A stretch of 64,000 nt of DNA, taken from the NCBI GenBank assembly GCA_965644295.1, contig CBFFRP010000431.1, positions 248,001-312,000 of the forward strand, read 5' to 3'. The translations under genes were made by a program, and so were the position numbers. This DNA comes from Paraphysomonas bandaiensis. Taxonomy: Eukaryota; Protista; Chrysophyceae. A model generated the notes under the pieces. It ran no database searches and had not been told where the DNA came from. It saw only the letters and a list, made by a program, of their open reading frames with translations. How positions within the stretch are numbered: the stretch's first letter is position 1; the number at the start of each line of letters is the position of its first letter. This document shows positions 49,494-62,960 of the stretch, in pieces.

Positions 49494-50094
49494 TTTAGCT
49501 ATATTGATGTAGTATAAGCACTGAACCGTGTGGGGTGATTTTCCAAATGAAATACTTTATAAACTTAATTGTAAAAGGTCGGGAATTTCGCTATACTGAC
49601 TCTCACTGCAGCGTGCAACTTATTGCACTCTACAGCTAAGAATGTTTTCTTGTATGGCTATCATCTATCATAATATTGATTGCAATATATTGTGAGCCAC
49701 TTTAACAGAAATAATATTGATGGAGTACTTTGGCCGGTTCACCAATCAATATATTTTACAATTTACAATATATTGCCCAACTAATACATTGTATTGAAAG
49801 TCTTGTTATTTAGCAATAGGCGTTAAAAACTCGTGCTAATATAGTGGCTAGTTGAATGCTAGACATACTAGTTAGACCTCTACCCATAACTAATCAGCAC
49901 AAATTCTATTATCCTACTAATTAGCGCTACAGAAGCTGCTTGTGCGTCGCCCTGGTATAGTTATAATATTTTGTACAGAACAACACATCAATTGGCTGTA
50001 TAAAAATAAATATAACTATGAATTGCGCAAGGCAAGCATTTTTCTGAAAGTGAATAAAATGATTTCGAGATATTCGTTATAAATAGTTGTAGTT

Positions 50095-50289
50095 GTGCAT
50101 TGTACATTGTGCCATGACCCCAAGATGCGGGAGGATGCTCTAAAGAAGGCAAAAGAACGGAGAACAAAAAAGGAGGAAGAGGAGGCCAAGTTTAATGTAT
50201 GTGCAGGTAATGTCATCTGCCCAATGTGTAATTTTGTCGCAAAGACTAAAAATGGACTACGTATCCATATTGGTAGAAAGCATAAGTGA
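50095..50289 (+). other. Orphan C2H2 zinc-finger coding fragment (probable mobile-element or gene remnant)
   Basis: Charged coil followed by CPMCNFVAKTKNGLRIHIGRKH. No convincing upstream exon. Confidence 0.45.
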
Positions 50290-50386
50290 ATTGTGTTTTC
50301 CCCACTATATAATACCTAATACAGTACATACTATGCGTTGCTTGTTTTTGTGTGTATGGTATGCGTAGATTTATAGGGGATGGGGG

Positions 50387-50673
50387 GTGCCCCATATTGA
50401 CAGCGTAACTAATCACTGCGTGCGCCCCCCCTAGTGGGTGCTTCTGAGTGTTGCGACCGCGCACTTCTATCTATGTACACATTGCTAAGTTCAGCAGTTC
50501 CCCACTCGGGGTCTCACTGCATATTCAGCGCTGAATACCGTGTGATAATGATGTAGCTAGTTGGGTTCAGTAGGTAGCTAGCAAATAACGTATGGCACTT
50601 AAATCAAGTATTAGTTAGGTACCCACCCGGCCCCCACCCGGCTCTACCTAAGTACGCGCTCAGAATGGGGCAC
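50387..50673. mobile_element. GC-rich MITE-like segment with imperfect 26-bp terminal inverted repeats
   Basis: gtgccccatattgacagcgtaactaa versus reverse complement of ctaagtacgcgctcagaatggggcac. Central palindrome tattcagcgctgaata. No clear TSD. Confidence 0.5.
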
Positions 50674-50843
50674 ATTGCTGTGTTCGTACTTGCCTCAGCT
50701 ATATTTTTCAGCATAGCAGTTTTGGTTCAATGCTCTGGATAAGCTTCATCCTACTAAGTGTATTCCAAAATCCAACTAGCATGTTGCCATAGCATTGAGA
50801 AATATTGACTGCAGTTACAATTCTATTTATATCAAAAATAATT

Positions 50844-52739
50844 CTAATTATTGACATTATTTGCATCGCCTTGTGATGTCTCTAACTGTACACGAAGCTT
50901 AGTTGCAGCGTGAGTATGTCTGTCTAACACGGCCACCCACTGTTGCAATATAACACGTAAAATTCTATACAAACTGCTACACGAGGATTTTCCGCTTTTT
51001 TTGTTCCAATTAATGAATATACGAACTAGCCTGGTGAAATTAGCTCTGCTCTTTCTCTCACAACCAGAGCTTTGATTAGGTTCCGATGACTTCCTTATTA
51101 TTAAGTGTCTAGCTCGCACTGGTAGACAGTGTATAGTTCTGAGAAGCATCTCCTTTGTATTGTGTGGCATCACAGCACCATCGTCACTCAGCAGAAGGTA
51201 TTCCGCAATGATGTCCAAAAGTCCCTCATCAAGTAATGACTCCACAAACTTGATATCTCTACACATTGTGCATAGTGCAAATATCTTCGACACAGCAGAG
51301 CTAAAACCCACGCTCTCGCTTGACGAAGAGCTACTGGTGGAAGTACGCCGCGCCTCTAATGGAGCTCTTAAATCGTTCATATACTCATGTATCCGATCTC
51401 GCATCTGAACAGTATTGCCCGAAGACGACGCTACAAGAGTAGGTGGTTGTCTGTCGCAGCCAGGAAGTCTTTTTCCATATGTCTGGAGTGTAATCTCGCG
51501 TCCACAAGTAGCATTATAGTACCCATTACTATGCAAGAAAGAATGGTGTCCAGGTATTTTTTCCTCGATAGGTGTATATTTCCTTCGCGCGGACGGTGAT
51601 TTGGGGAGTGACATTGACAAAGGGACGGAAGAAGAACTAGAACTCATTAATCGACTCAGCAAGGAAGCTGTTCCAGTACCAGCGCCTCCAGAACGATTAT
51701 CACTCGTTCCTGTCACAGAACTGGAGGACGCTGAGTTTCTTGATCCAACATCATGTGTAGGCGCTTGTCGAGTACTCGTCTGTAATATCGGTGAGGGAAC
51801 AGGTGCAGAACTACGCCTGCGGATGCGTTTCAGAGGGGGCTCTACTGACGCACTCAATCCTGAAGAACTATCTACATCGTCCTGAACGTCGCCGTTATGG
51901 CTTTCTCGTTGCGCCAACTCTGCAGCAACCTCTGCTGCAAGAGTAGATCGCCGGGAAAGAGATTTACTCAGGCGCACAGACCCATCATCACGCTGCTGAG
52001 ATCTTCCTGATGGAGTAGATGATGATGCATCTCTATGAGCTGACCAAGATAAAGATATCCGATTACGTTCGGCATGACGTTGTATTTGACGAGCAATCTC
52101 CCGCTCTGCCCAATGCAAAGACTGCAGCGTTTGCGACGATACAGCTGTAGATGATGTGCTGCGTCGAGTATGTTCCAGTGCTCGATTGCGTGTACCGGAT
52201 CTCTCAGCGCTTGATGCGGCAGGGGTACAACTTGCGGAAGATGCGGGTGTAGTCCTTGCCCTGTCTGTCTGTGGTGCACGCACTGGACGTCTGTACTCTG
52301 GGACCTGACTTTGGCAGTCAGAACATATCCAAGAACTCGCCCCACGTACCCCAACACACGATCTATGCACATATACCCCACAGTGGTGACAATCAACCAC
52401 TCCAGTACCCATATATTCGCCAATAATATCACTACATATATAACATCTATGTATATCTTCTTCATAGTCACTCTCATCAGATGTCTCTGAATTCTCATCT
52501 GATACATCTGTTACTGTATCAGGTGATGATGATATACATGTTCCTTTAAATAATATATTATGAAATTGTTTTTTACATAAAGGACAAAGTTTTGATCGTT
52601 TCCCCCATAAAAGAATACAATCAACATGAAAGATATGTTGACAACAATCAAGACCCGATGATGTGATAGTATCTATTTCATCTAAACATATTGTACAGTT
52701 TTCTATATTATTATCTGATGATATGATATTTTCATTCAT
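50844..52739 (-). CDS. RING finger + PHD finger protein with a C-terminal TFIIS-N/IWS1-like helical domain
   Basis: RING CTIC..CQHIFHVDC..CPLC; PHD CYIC..CHHC..HRSC..WICSDC; C-terminal LLDEGLLDIIAEYL..KEMLLRTIHCLPV. Confidence 0.8.
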   Translation of the reverse strand: MNENIISSDNNIENCTICLDEIDTITSSGLDCCQHIFHVDCILLWGKRSKLCPLCKKQFHNILFKGTCISSSPDTVTDVSDENSETSDESDYEEDIHRCYICSDIIGEYMGTGVVDCHHCGVYVHRSCVGVRGASSWICSDCQSQVPEYRRPVRAPQTDRARTTPASSASCTPAASSAERSGTRNRALEHTRRSTSSTAVSSQTLQSLHWAEREIARQIQRHAERNRISLSWSAHRDASSSTPSGRSQQRDDGSVRLSKSLSRRSTLAAEVAAELAQRESHNGDVQDDVDSSSGLSASVEPPLKRIRRRSSAPVPSPILQTSTRQAPTHDVGSRNSASSSSVTGTSDNRSGGAGTGTASLLSRLMSSSSSSVPLSMSLPKSPSARRKYTPIEEKIPGHHSFLHSNGYYNATCGREITLQTYGKRLPGCDRQPPTLVASSSGNTVQMRDRIHEYMNDLRAPLEARRTSTSSSSSSESVGFSSAVSKIFALCTMCRDIKFVESLLDEGLLDIIAEYLLLSDDGAVMPHNTKEMLLRTIHCLPVRARHLIIRKSSEPNQSSGCERKSRANFTRLVRIFINWNKKSGKSSCSSLYRILRVILQQWVAVLDRHTHAATKLRVQLETSQGDANNVNN

Positions 52740-52827
52740 TATATATGGTATATAAAGAGAGGAGTGTGTTATATATGGATATGTCAAGGTGATCATCAAC
52801 TCATACTGATTCTCAACACACTCCTAT

Positions 52828-52966
52828 CAGCAGCTTATTATTCGGAAATAAATTGAAGCAAAAATCCTCTATATTACTGCAGTACAACTACGGCTGGAAT
52901 ACAGATAATTGTTGACTCAATATTAGAGGCATCTTTCAACAAAAATATACAAAGGATGCCCATACG
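52828..52966. repeat. Dispersed ~140-bp double-hairpin element, copy 3
   Basis: See copies 1 and 2. Confidence 0.9.
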
Positions 52967-53396
52967 CTGTCGAGGCGTGTTGTGTTAAAAGGTGGGATAA
53001 AATAAGCCTGAAATAGTGGTAAAAAATTATGGCCCCATAAAAAGCATTGTTTTTTATGATATGTAATTGTTTAATTTTTCATTTTAGGCTATTTTCGTAA
53101 AAAATGATGGATTTGTAGATATCTAACTTTATGTGGATTCAACCATACCATATACTGCATGGTACAGCAGTACATGTACGTGCCTTGATATAACATACAG
53201 CAATACAATACACTGGAATTCTTAGGTCTAGAACACACAGCTTAACATACTATCAATATAACTTAGGTAACTATAAGTTATGTATGAAGGGCAAATGCTA
53301 GATGAAAAATTCTATGCATTTGGCGTATATATAATATTGATAGGGCACGATATTTGACAGTATTGTTGTATACGATAGTATATAAAATATAAAGAT

Positions 53397-54108
53397 ATGA
53401 AGGAGAAAGGATGGATGAAGAAAATGAAATATAAGGGTTTAGAGGATCATTACCGACGGGTAATATTCATTCTTTTATTTACGAATGTACTATTTAATTG
53501 AGTTTGTCTTTGTTTTTAGATGAGGGAATTGAAACCGTCGATTGATTGTGGCCCACCACGTAAGGCGATATCCAGTAAACGACGAGAGCTAGATCGGGTA
53601 ATTACTAATACCGTATTAGTGAGTGTCGTTATGTTTATTGTAGCATCGACATTACGCATCAATTGAGTACGACAATCAGCTCATGCTTCAGAGATTGGCC
53701 CGAGTTGTCCAGAAGAAGACAATTGATAACGATCGTCCTCGTATGAAAGCAATTGGTACTGAGCAGGCCAAACGCGCTGAGTTTCGTCGTATAACTCACG
53801 AAAATAAACTGATGTTGAAACGTATTGAGGAAACAACACCAGTCTATAACCATAAGAAGTGGGAGGAAGATGCCAAAAAGAGGGAATACTACATCGCCAA
53901 TATGACAGAGTTTCCTGAGAACTATTCAACAAAAGATTTTCTATCAACGCCACAACGTCGACCAAGCTCGGCGTATGCTCGGTCCTCACCTGTTAGGTCG
54001 AGAACCACGTCTAAAAGACCAAGCACAGCAACAGGATCGCTTCAACCGCTTATGTCCGCTGGCCGGCCAAATTCTGCTTCACCGAAAAGGTTATTCTATT
54101 CCAGATAA
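53397..54108 (+). CDS. CFAP97/KIAA1430-domain (cilia-associated) protein
   Basis: Spliced MKEKGW..HYRR / MRELKPSIDCGPP..SKRRELDR / ..IEYDNQLMLQRL..RRITHENKLMLKRI..PVYNHKKWEED. Confidence 0.78.
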
Positions 54109-55375
54109 GGTTCGCGTAGTACAGTAGCGACAGCGAAACGAAGATTTTGAATGAATATTTTACTAATAGTAACGACTTGTAGAGAAGAAGGATGTTGATG
54201 AGTCATCTCGTTCGAGCCTCTATTCTACTGACTATTGTTTAGTGTTTAGTCGTGCAATATGAGTGTAATGCATTATCAGTGACCGTCATTGATAGTGATT
54301 TTGAAAATATAAAGTATGAGAAAGTTTATTAGGTGGCCAGCCTGAGTAGTAGCTCTTGGTCAGTAATCTGCTAATAATATAGTTGTTTTAAATTCTAATG
54401 ATGGATATTTAACTGCAGTGGAGTATCCAGCTCATTCATTGCAGAGCGTTTTCCCCTTTGTCATATGGACTCCATAAGCCATAAGCTAAGTTGAAAATGA
54501 GATCGCTAAAACTTAGTATATTTACATTATGTAAAATGTGATAGCAACAGCGAACTCAGAAATGATTTACATTATGTAAAATCTCGGTACGTGTTAATGA
54601 AAGATGCGATGGATTGCTCTGTCCTAGCGAAGACACGCAGTCAATGTCAATCACTTTTAATAAGATGCCACCTTTCGAAATCTCATGCAAACTCATAACA
54701 AAGTTCAATACTAAGATAATCACTACGTCGCTAACCTAATGTAGAACTTTATTATAAATTTGCATGAGGTTCCAATGTGAAAATTTAGGCCTCAGCTTTA
54801 TCGATTAAGCCTCTGTTAAAAGCATTGAGATGCAGTGGTTTGTGTCCCTGTAATCCATTCACTTTAGCCGTTCCTTCAGGTGGGTCAGAATATATACTTT
54901 TTATTATGATAGACTGTAAGGAACGATCTGCCCAGAGCTTAACTCTCGACGGACTATTGCTTGTAGCCTCCAGACTAATTGACTGACATACAGTAAGTAT
55001 CGAGTATTGCCAAAAGTCTAGGTTTTTGAGATTTTAGGAGCTTAAAACCCTTAAAAATAAGTATTTAGACATTTACAATTGAAATTTGCCAAGTTTATTT
55101 TAAATTCTGGGAAATTATTATACTATGAGTTTGTTGGAAAGACTGAAAAGTTTTTTTTTTGGTGAAGAAGTCAAAGTATGCGGTGCTTGTTTATGTTGTG
55201 GAAAGTGCTGAATGGTGAAATCATTTTCGCTTTGGGTGCATTATATGCATGTGAGTATGTATGTATGAACTCTCCATGTTATTATTCTCAGATCATAGTA
55301 GCTGGTATATGTAACAAGTATATTCTTGTTATTATATATTAAGTTCTTATTAATTATCTTGTAAAGTTTCTTATA

Positions 55376-58300
55376 ATGAATTATATAGATTCTACACCAA
55401 GATTATGTTATCGTTTATTACAAAGTATGGGTCATAGAAATGTTATTACTGATGATGAATGTTTGAGAGATAGAAATACTGCATTAAAGGCTATAACAGG
55501 AAAAGGATATGTAGATGGTCTCTTTACCTTGGACCTCTTTATGCCTGAAAAGAGTAATCAATATAGCCAAGCTCAGAAGATAAGAAAAACATTCAGAGAG
55601 TTTGCTGATGAGGTGTCATCTGTATCAGATGATGCGGTGCAAAGAAATGCCTCTTGGACTATGTATAATATTTTAACAAGAGATACTGATGATGCTTCTC
55701 GTCAGGCTGACATTAGATCTTATTTTGGAGAAATGCAGGATTCAAAGTATACTAAGTTGAAACGCCTTGCATCGATTCTACATACTGCTAGGGTATCGAA
55801 ATCTGACCCAGCGCAAGCACAATCTAAGCAATATAACTCTAGCATTCGATTTCTTAAACCAAGTCTTTGCTTCAAGGAGTTCGAGGATTTGGATGTCGAG
55901 TCCTCGATTTTTAGTGAGGAAAAGAAGTCGTCAGAAACATGCGGAAGTCTTATAGAGTGGCTGTTGACGTCCTGTGAGCTGTATGTACAGCAGACTCAGA
56001 GTTCGTTTAGTGCAGATCACGTTGCTGGTGAAATTCTTTCTGCTTTGTATTCCTCTTCGTCGGAAGATATTCTGCAAGCGAAGCTGTTCGAATTGATCGG
56101 TGAGACGGGCATCGTCCTTATGATGGATGTGATGCAAAGAAGTGCGGAGATCCGTTCATTTGAAGAGTCTGAACTTCGACGTGAAATAGACCGACGTTCT
56201 TCTGCCCTAAATACGACTGAAGAAAGTCGTGCTGATTTCTCTAATAAGAAACTTTCTGCTAACCAAAAGAAAAAGTTAGATCGACGATTGGCCAAGCAAC
56301 AACAAGAACTGTCCGAGAAGGAGGAATCTCAGGAAAGTGTAGGCGTCGATTGGCTACGTGAGGCTGGATTTCGAGACGATTATCTGGCACAAGAACGAAT
56401 GCTAGGTTTGCAAGGCGGTGATGTCCCAGCTTCATCTACGGACTCCTGGCTACTCAATCTCGCTGCAGAAGGGACAAGGGAGTATCATGAGAAGCGAGGA
56501 TTGCCTGCAGGCACCAAAAGGACAACGGGGACAGGATTTGAAGAAGTTAATATTCCAGCTCCAGTGAAAGTTAAGATGCCATCAGATGATCTAATTCCGA
56601 TAGATGCATTAGATCCTTGGGCGATACCAGCTTTCCAAGGTATGTCAACCTTTAATCATATTCAGAGCAAAGTATTCCAAACCGCCTATAATACCCCCGA
56701 GAATATGCTAATATGCGCTCCAACTGGTGCGGGGAAAACCAACATTGCAATGTTATGTTATCTGCACCTTGTAAAGCAGCACATAGATGAAGATGGGGTG
56801 CTAGATGTGTCACGATTGAAGGGTATATATATTGCGCCGATGAAAGCACTTGCACAGGAGGTAGTTGAAAAGTTTTCAAAGCGTCTGAAACCATTGGGGC
56901 TCGTAGTTCGTGAATTCACTGGTGATATGCAACTGACCCGACAAGAGGTTGCGGACAGTCAACTAATTGTAACCACTCCGGAGAAATGGGATGTTGTTAC
57001 CCGAAAAGGTGGTGATGGATCCCTAGGTACTCTTGTATCTCTCATCATCATTGATGAAGTGCACTTGTTAGCTGAGGATAGAGGTGCTGTAATAGAGACA
57101 ATAGTTGCTAGAACACAGAGGTATATCGAGAGCAGTCAGTCATTTGTTCGTATTGTTGGACTTTCTGCAACTCTTCCGAACTACCGTGATGTTGCTTCAT
57201 TTCTTCGGGTAAACAATAGCACAGGTCTATTCCATTTTGGACCAGAGTATCGACCTGTTCCACTTGATCAGACGTTTATTGGGGTCACCGAGAAACAGCG
57301 AGTTCGACGGAATGATATGATGAATAGATTTGCGTATGAAAAAGCTGTTGAAGCACTGAAGAATGACAAACAAGTCATGATATTTGTGCACTCACGAAAG
57401 GACACTGGACGAACTATAGATGCACTCAAAGAATTAATCGCGAAACATAACTCGTCTTCGTTGTTCGAAAACATACACCACGAGAAGTACACACTTTGGA
57501 AAAAACAGGTCTGTATTCGCGTATTGTGTCCTGGTGATTTGATGTGAAATGGTTTAATGTAGGTCGATAAATCCAGGAGTCGGGAACTTCAGAGTTACTT
57601 TTATGCTGGTATGGGCACCCATCATGCTGGGATGCTTCGCAGCGATAGAACACTCACGGAACAGCTATTTGAGAGGGGGGTAATAAAGGTTTTATGTTGC
57701 ACGGCTACTCTGGCTTGGGGTGTTAACTTGCCCGGCCATACTGTGATAATAAAAGGCACTGAGTTGTATGACCCTGAAAGGGGTGGCTTCGTAGACCTCA
57801 GCATATTAGACGTATTTCAAATATTTGGTCGTGCTGGACGTCCTCAGTACGACACTACTGGCCATGCGATTATGATAACTCCTCATAAGAGTCTCAATAA
57901 CTACCTTTCAATGCTCAACCATCAAGCACCCATTGAGAGTAGTTTGATCAAATCCCTTCCAGACCATTTGAACGCTGAGATCGTGAACGGTACGATTAAT
58001 AACATCAAGGAGGCATGTTCATGGTTGTCGTATACATTCTTGTTCATTCGAATGATGCGTAATCCTGTTGCTTATGGTATGACTTTCGATGAGTGGCATG
58101 CAGATCCACAATTAGAAGCGAAGCGGTTGGAACTGATTAAAGATGCTGCAGGAGTATTAGACAGGTGCATGATGATTCGATATGATGTCCGATCCGGAAA
58201 TCTTGCGGTAACGGACATGGGGCGCATCGCTTCGCACTATTATATCAAGTACGACACCATAGAGGCCTTTAATACAATGCTTACTGCCCATCTCGGTGAA

Positions 58301-61300
58301 AGTGACGCATTGCATGTGCTGTGTTCATCCACTGAATTTGATCAACTCAAAGTACGACCTGAGGAACTCGCAGAGATTGATGAGTTGAACAAAAGGACCA
58401 GTGTTCCTGTCAGAGGCGCGGTGGAGGAAACCTCTGGAAAAGTGTCTGTGTTACTGCAAACATACATTAACCAAAGCAATGTCAAGAGCTTCACATTGAT
58501 CTCGGACACGAATTATGTGGCTCAGAATGCTGGACGTATATCACGTGCTCTCTTCGAGATATGCTTAAAACGAGGATGGTCATCGATGGCCCTTCTATTT
58601 TTAACACTGTCGAAATCTATTGATAGGCGCGTTCGACCAGACCAACATCCACTAAGACAATTTGGAGATCTATCTCGTGATATCATCCACCGATTAGAAA
58701 ACGCCAATGCAGATATTTATCGTTTGATGGATATGTCTCCGTTAGAAATCAATCAGTTATGTCATGCGCCTAAAATTGGTTCGAAAGTGTTGAGTTTGGT
58801 TCGCCAATTGCCGCACTTGGAAGTGGATGTCAACGTTCAGCCTATCACTCGAGGAATATTGCGAATGTCTGTGACTCTCACAGCTCAATTCAACTGGAAC
58901 GATCGATATCACGGGTATGTGGAGCCATTCTGGTTGTGGGTGGAGGATGGTGAGAACGAGTACATATATCACTCCGAGAATTTTCTTCTTCACAAAAAAC
59001 AGCAACACAGCGAACATAAAATGGAACTTATCATTCCCATCCGTGAGCCGGTTCCAACTCAATATTTCATTCGGATTGTTTCTGATAGGTGGGTGGGATG
59101 TGAATCTGTTACGCCAGTGTCATTTCAGCACTTAATTCTACCGGATATGCACCCACCTCATACAGACCTGCTGGATATGCACCCTGTACCTGTTGAGGCC
59201 CTTGGAAATAAAAGCTACGAAAAGCTTTATACGCGTTTTAAGTATTTTAACCCTGTTCAATCGCAGACGTTTCATGTGCTTTATCATACGGACTCAAACG
59301 TCTTGGTCGGGGCACCAACTGGCTCTGGCAAAACCATCACATCAGAGATAGCTATCTTACGTATGCTTAATGAATCGCGGGGATCGAAAGCAGTGTATAT
59401 TGCTCCATTAAAGGCTCTTGCACGGGAGCGGCTCTCCGACTGGAAAAAGAAATTGGGTCATGGTCTTGGTCTATCTGTTGTGGAGTTAACTGGTGATGTT
59501 ACACCGGACATATCTTTGTTAAAGCGATGCGACGTGATTATCACCACGCCGGAGAAGTGGGACGGTATCACTCGTGGGTGGTCACAGAGAGATTATGTGA
59601 AGCAAGTTAGCCTCCTTATCATTGATGAAATTCATCTGTTGGGGGTAGATAGAGGGCCTGTTTTGGAGGTTATTGTGAGTCGCATGCGCTATATTGCGTC
59701 ACTCACCAACCACAATGTTCGAATCATTGGCTTGTCAACAGCACTAGCCAATGCACGAGATCTGGCGGATTGGTTGGGGATACAAGATGTGGGCTTGTAT
59801 AATTTTCGCCCATCTGTTCGTCCGATTCCGATGTCTATTTTTATCCAAGGGTTTCCAGGGAAACATTATTGTCCTCGCATGGCAACTATGAATAAACCTG
59901 CTTACGCGAGTATATTGGAGCATTCCCCAACTAAGCCCGTCCTTATATTCGTTTCGTCTCGACGACAGACGAGATTGACTGCGTTAGATTTAATTAGTTA
60001 CTGTGCATCTGATGATAACCCTAAGCAGTTTCTTCATATGCCAGAAGATGATGTACAAACAATTGCAGAGACTATTCGTGATCGTGCTCTTAAGGATACT
60101 CTTGTATTTGGGGTGGGTATTCATCATGCCGGGTTAGATACCCATGACCGCAACACTGTAGAAGAATTATTCGTGTCTGGAAAGATTCAAATTTTGGTTT
60201 GTACATCAACGTTGGCTTGGGGGGTGAATTTCCCTGCGCACCTGGTTATTGTTAAAGGCACAGAGTATTTTGATGGGAAATTAGGAAGATATGTGGATTT
60301 TCCTGTGACAGATGTACTCCAGATGATGGGTAGAGCCGGTCGTCCGCAGTTTGATGACACAGGGGTGGCTTGTATATTTGTTCACGAACCCAAGAAAAAT
60401 TTCTATCGGAAATTTCTACACGAGCCATTTCCAGTTGAATCCAGTTTGAACAAGTTTATTCACAATCATATTAATGCAGAGATAGCGTCTGGTCGAATCA
60501 GGGACATGTTGGACTCTGTTGACTACCTTTCTTGGACGTATTTCTTCCGCCGCTTGGTTAGAAATCCTTCGTATTACGGTCTTAGTAGTGCAGAACCAGA
60601 TGCTGTAAATGAGCATCTAGTGCAATTAATTACAAGCACAATTGGTGACCTAGAAAAAGCCGGCTGTGTAATTATAGAGAAAGATAAACATAACTTTCAC
60701 GCAACTGTTTTAGGGTCTATTGCTGCATTTTATTACCTTGATTATAGGACTGTAGGGCTTGTAAGAAGGCGCCTTGATGGGTTCGATGTTGCCAATGGAC
60801 AGGGAACTATTGAGGATCTTACATTACTTCTATCCGAAGCATATGAATTCAGCGAACTGCCAGTGAGGCACAACGAAGAACATTTGAATGCCCAGCTTGC
60901 TTTGACGCTTCCGTGGAACACGGATACGTTAGACATGGAGAGTTCGCACACAAAGACGTTCCTTCTTTTGCAAGCTCACTTCTATCAAGTCTCTCTTCCG
61001 ATTTCGGACTATGTCACTGACACGAAATCAGTTATTGACCAAGCGCCGCGAGTTGTAAATGCGATGATTGATATCGCTGCCGATGCGGGGCATTTGGAAC
61101 TGACACTTCGCCTCATGAGGCTTTCTCAAATGATCGTACAGGTATACACCATGTGAACTGTTTATGGCAATATGTGTTATATTATTATGCTTTGTCCTAG
61201 CACACAATCTTGATATTTTGACAGGGACTTAGTGAAGAATCCAGTCAGCTTCTGCAACTGCCTCACATGTCTGAAGCTGCTTGTGATGTGTTCGAAAGCA

Positions 61301-61809
61301 GAGGAAGAGTAAAAGGCGTGAAGGATCTATTTCGGTTGGCGGACAATAAGCTTCACAAAATACTATCCAATATATTCGAAGTTAGATCACATAGTAATGA
61401 CTTCTTACGAGCTCTTCGCAATTTACCGCAGCTCAGTGTAACGATATCTGCTAGGATAAACGACGACGAGAGGAATATTGAGCAAGATGGGGATTCATTT
61501 CCTGTCTCCATTGGCCAGAAAGTAACTGTGGGTGTGACCGTGAGCCGAGTTGCTGGTGGGACTGGAAGTGAAAAAGTGTATTCTCCCCGGTATCATAAGC
61601 CAAAGAGTATATCATGGTGGCTTGTGCTGGGATCTTCGGATGGAGAACTCATAGCTTTAAAACGCATTGGAAAGATATCAAACACTAAGTATAATCTGGA
61701 ATTCGAGGTACTCTCATCTATATGTTCGGACGGGTATATAGTATTTCTCATCCCTGATTGTCTCTATGGTATAGAGGTGCTATCGAGATTTTCATTAACT
61801 ATGACTTAG
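55376..61809 (+). CDS. ASCC3: Activating signal cointegrator 1 complex subunit 3 (Slh1), tandem Ski2-like helicase with Sec63 domains
   Basis: Two helicase cassettes (APTGAGKT/DEVH and APTGSGKT/DEIH) and ASCC3-type GFPGKHYCPRMATMNKP and VIVKGTEYFDGK. Introns 57509-57562 and 61142-61224. Confidence 0.95.
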
Positions 61810-62615
61810 AGTAGAATAAATTAATGTGAGACTTAAGATGCAGCTAAGGTTTTCTTTTTGTTTATCAACCTTGTTCCCGTCAAAGTGCGTAGTTGAGTGT
61901 GTAAGTATTCAGCTTATAGCTAGGATTTGTTCTACGATAGATGCTTAATAATTAGTTGTCGTTGACGGAAATATTATCGTCGTGCTGAGAGTTATAAAGA
62001 GAATGTTAGAATCTTGTATTGCATTTGTAAATCTCAGGGAATAAAATGTCAACACTTCTCTCACATCTTGTACACTGAGGATAGCGATTTTGAGCAATTA
62101 AAAGCTGATACAGAATTATATGAAATATAATGACAAAGTATAAGATAGTGTAGACCATCTGAAATATATTTGACTGTGTAAGGTCGTGACTATCAGAGAT
62201 CTGATAATATTGATTGGTAGTTGAGATGATATAAACTTGGAATTTAGTGAATGACAACGAACGATAAGTGACTTAAGTTTTAACCACATTAATGTCTTAT
62301 ACTAATGTTGTATAAATATTGAAGTATTAGTGAATACCAGCTCTGGGGGTCCAGTCTGAGCAGAATTTCGACATCGAAATATAATCGACACATATACCGC
62401 CCTATTTTGATTGGATTTTAACAATAGATACCATGATGACATTTATAAAACAAGGAACGATTATTACAATTACTACAATAAAATACAGAAATCTAAAATA
62501 GATAGTGGAGGGCACTACCACCACAATATCAATGAGAAATATATTGTAGGAAATCACGGTGCCTTATAGGAAATGGCAGCTCAACCGCGTGCTACATATT
62601 TATTAATCCAATAAT

Positions 62616-62960
62616 CTACTCGGAAGAAGTACCAGTATTATTGAGAGAAGCTAAGCGCTTCTTGTTGCGTTTGGATATTTGTTGACGAGTACGCTCCTTT
62701 TCTCCTTCTGTAAGCTGATCCCAATTCGCTATACGACGAAGAGTGCCATCCGGATTGACTATGATGGGACCAAACTCATCCATAGATACAGTTTCACCTA
62801 TTTTAAATTGTTTTGTTGAAGAAGAATCATCGGAAGGAGGAGGAAGTTCAAGAATAGGCTCTATATGTGATGGATTATCTTGTATAGACTCTGATACATG
62901 TTCCGCATAAGTTATGCTGTAGGACACTATAGTGATGAGGAATAGATATTTTAGTTGCAT
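62616..62960 (-). CDS. Small conserved hypothetical protein with N-terminal signal-like segment
   Basis: Motif GPIIVNPDGTLRRIANWDQLTEGE..ISKRNKKR, recognised from a family of small uncharacterised eukaryotic proteins. Confidence 0.75.
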   Translation of the reverse strand: MQLKYLFLITIVSYSITYAEHVSESIQDNPSHIEPILELPPPSDDSSSTKQFKIGETVSMDEFGPIIVNPDGTLRRIANWDQLTEGEKERTRQQISKRNKKRLASLNNTGTSSE

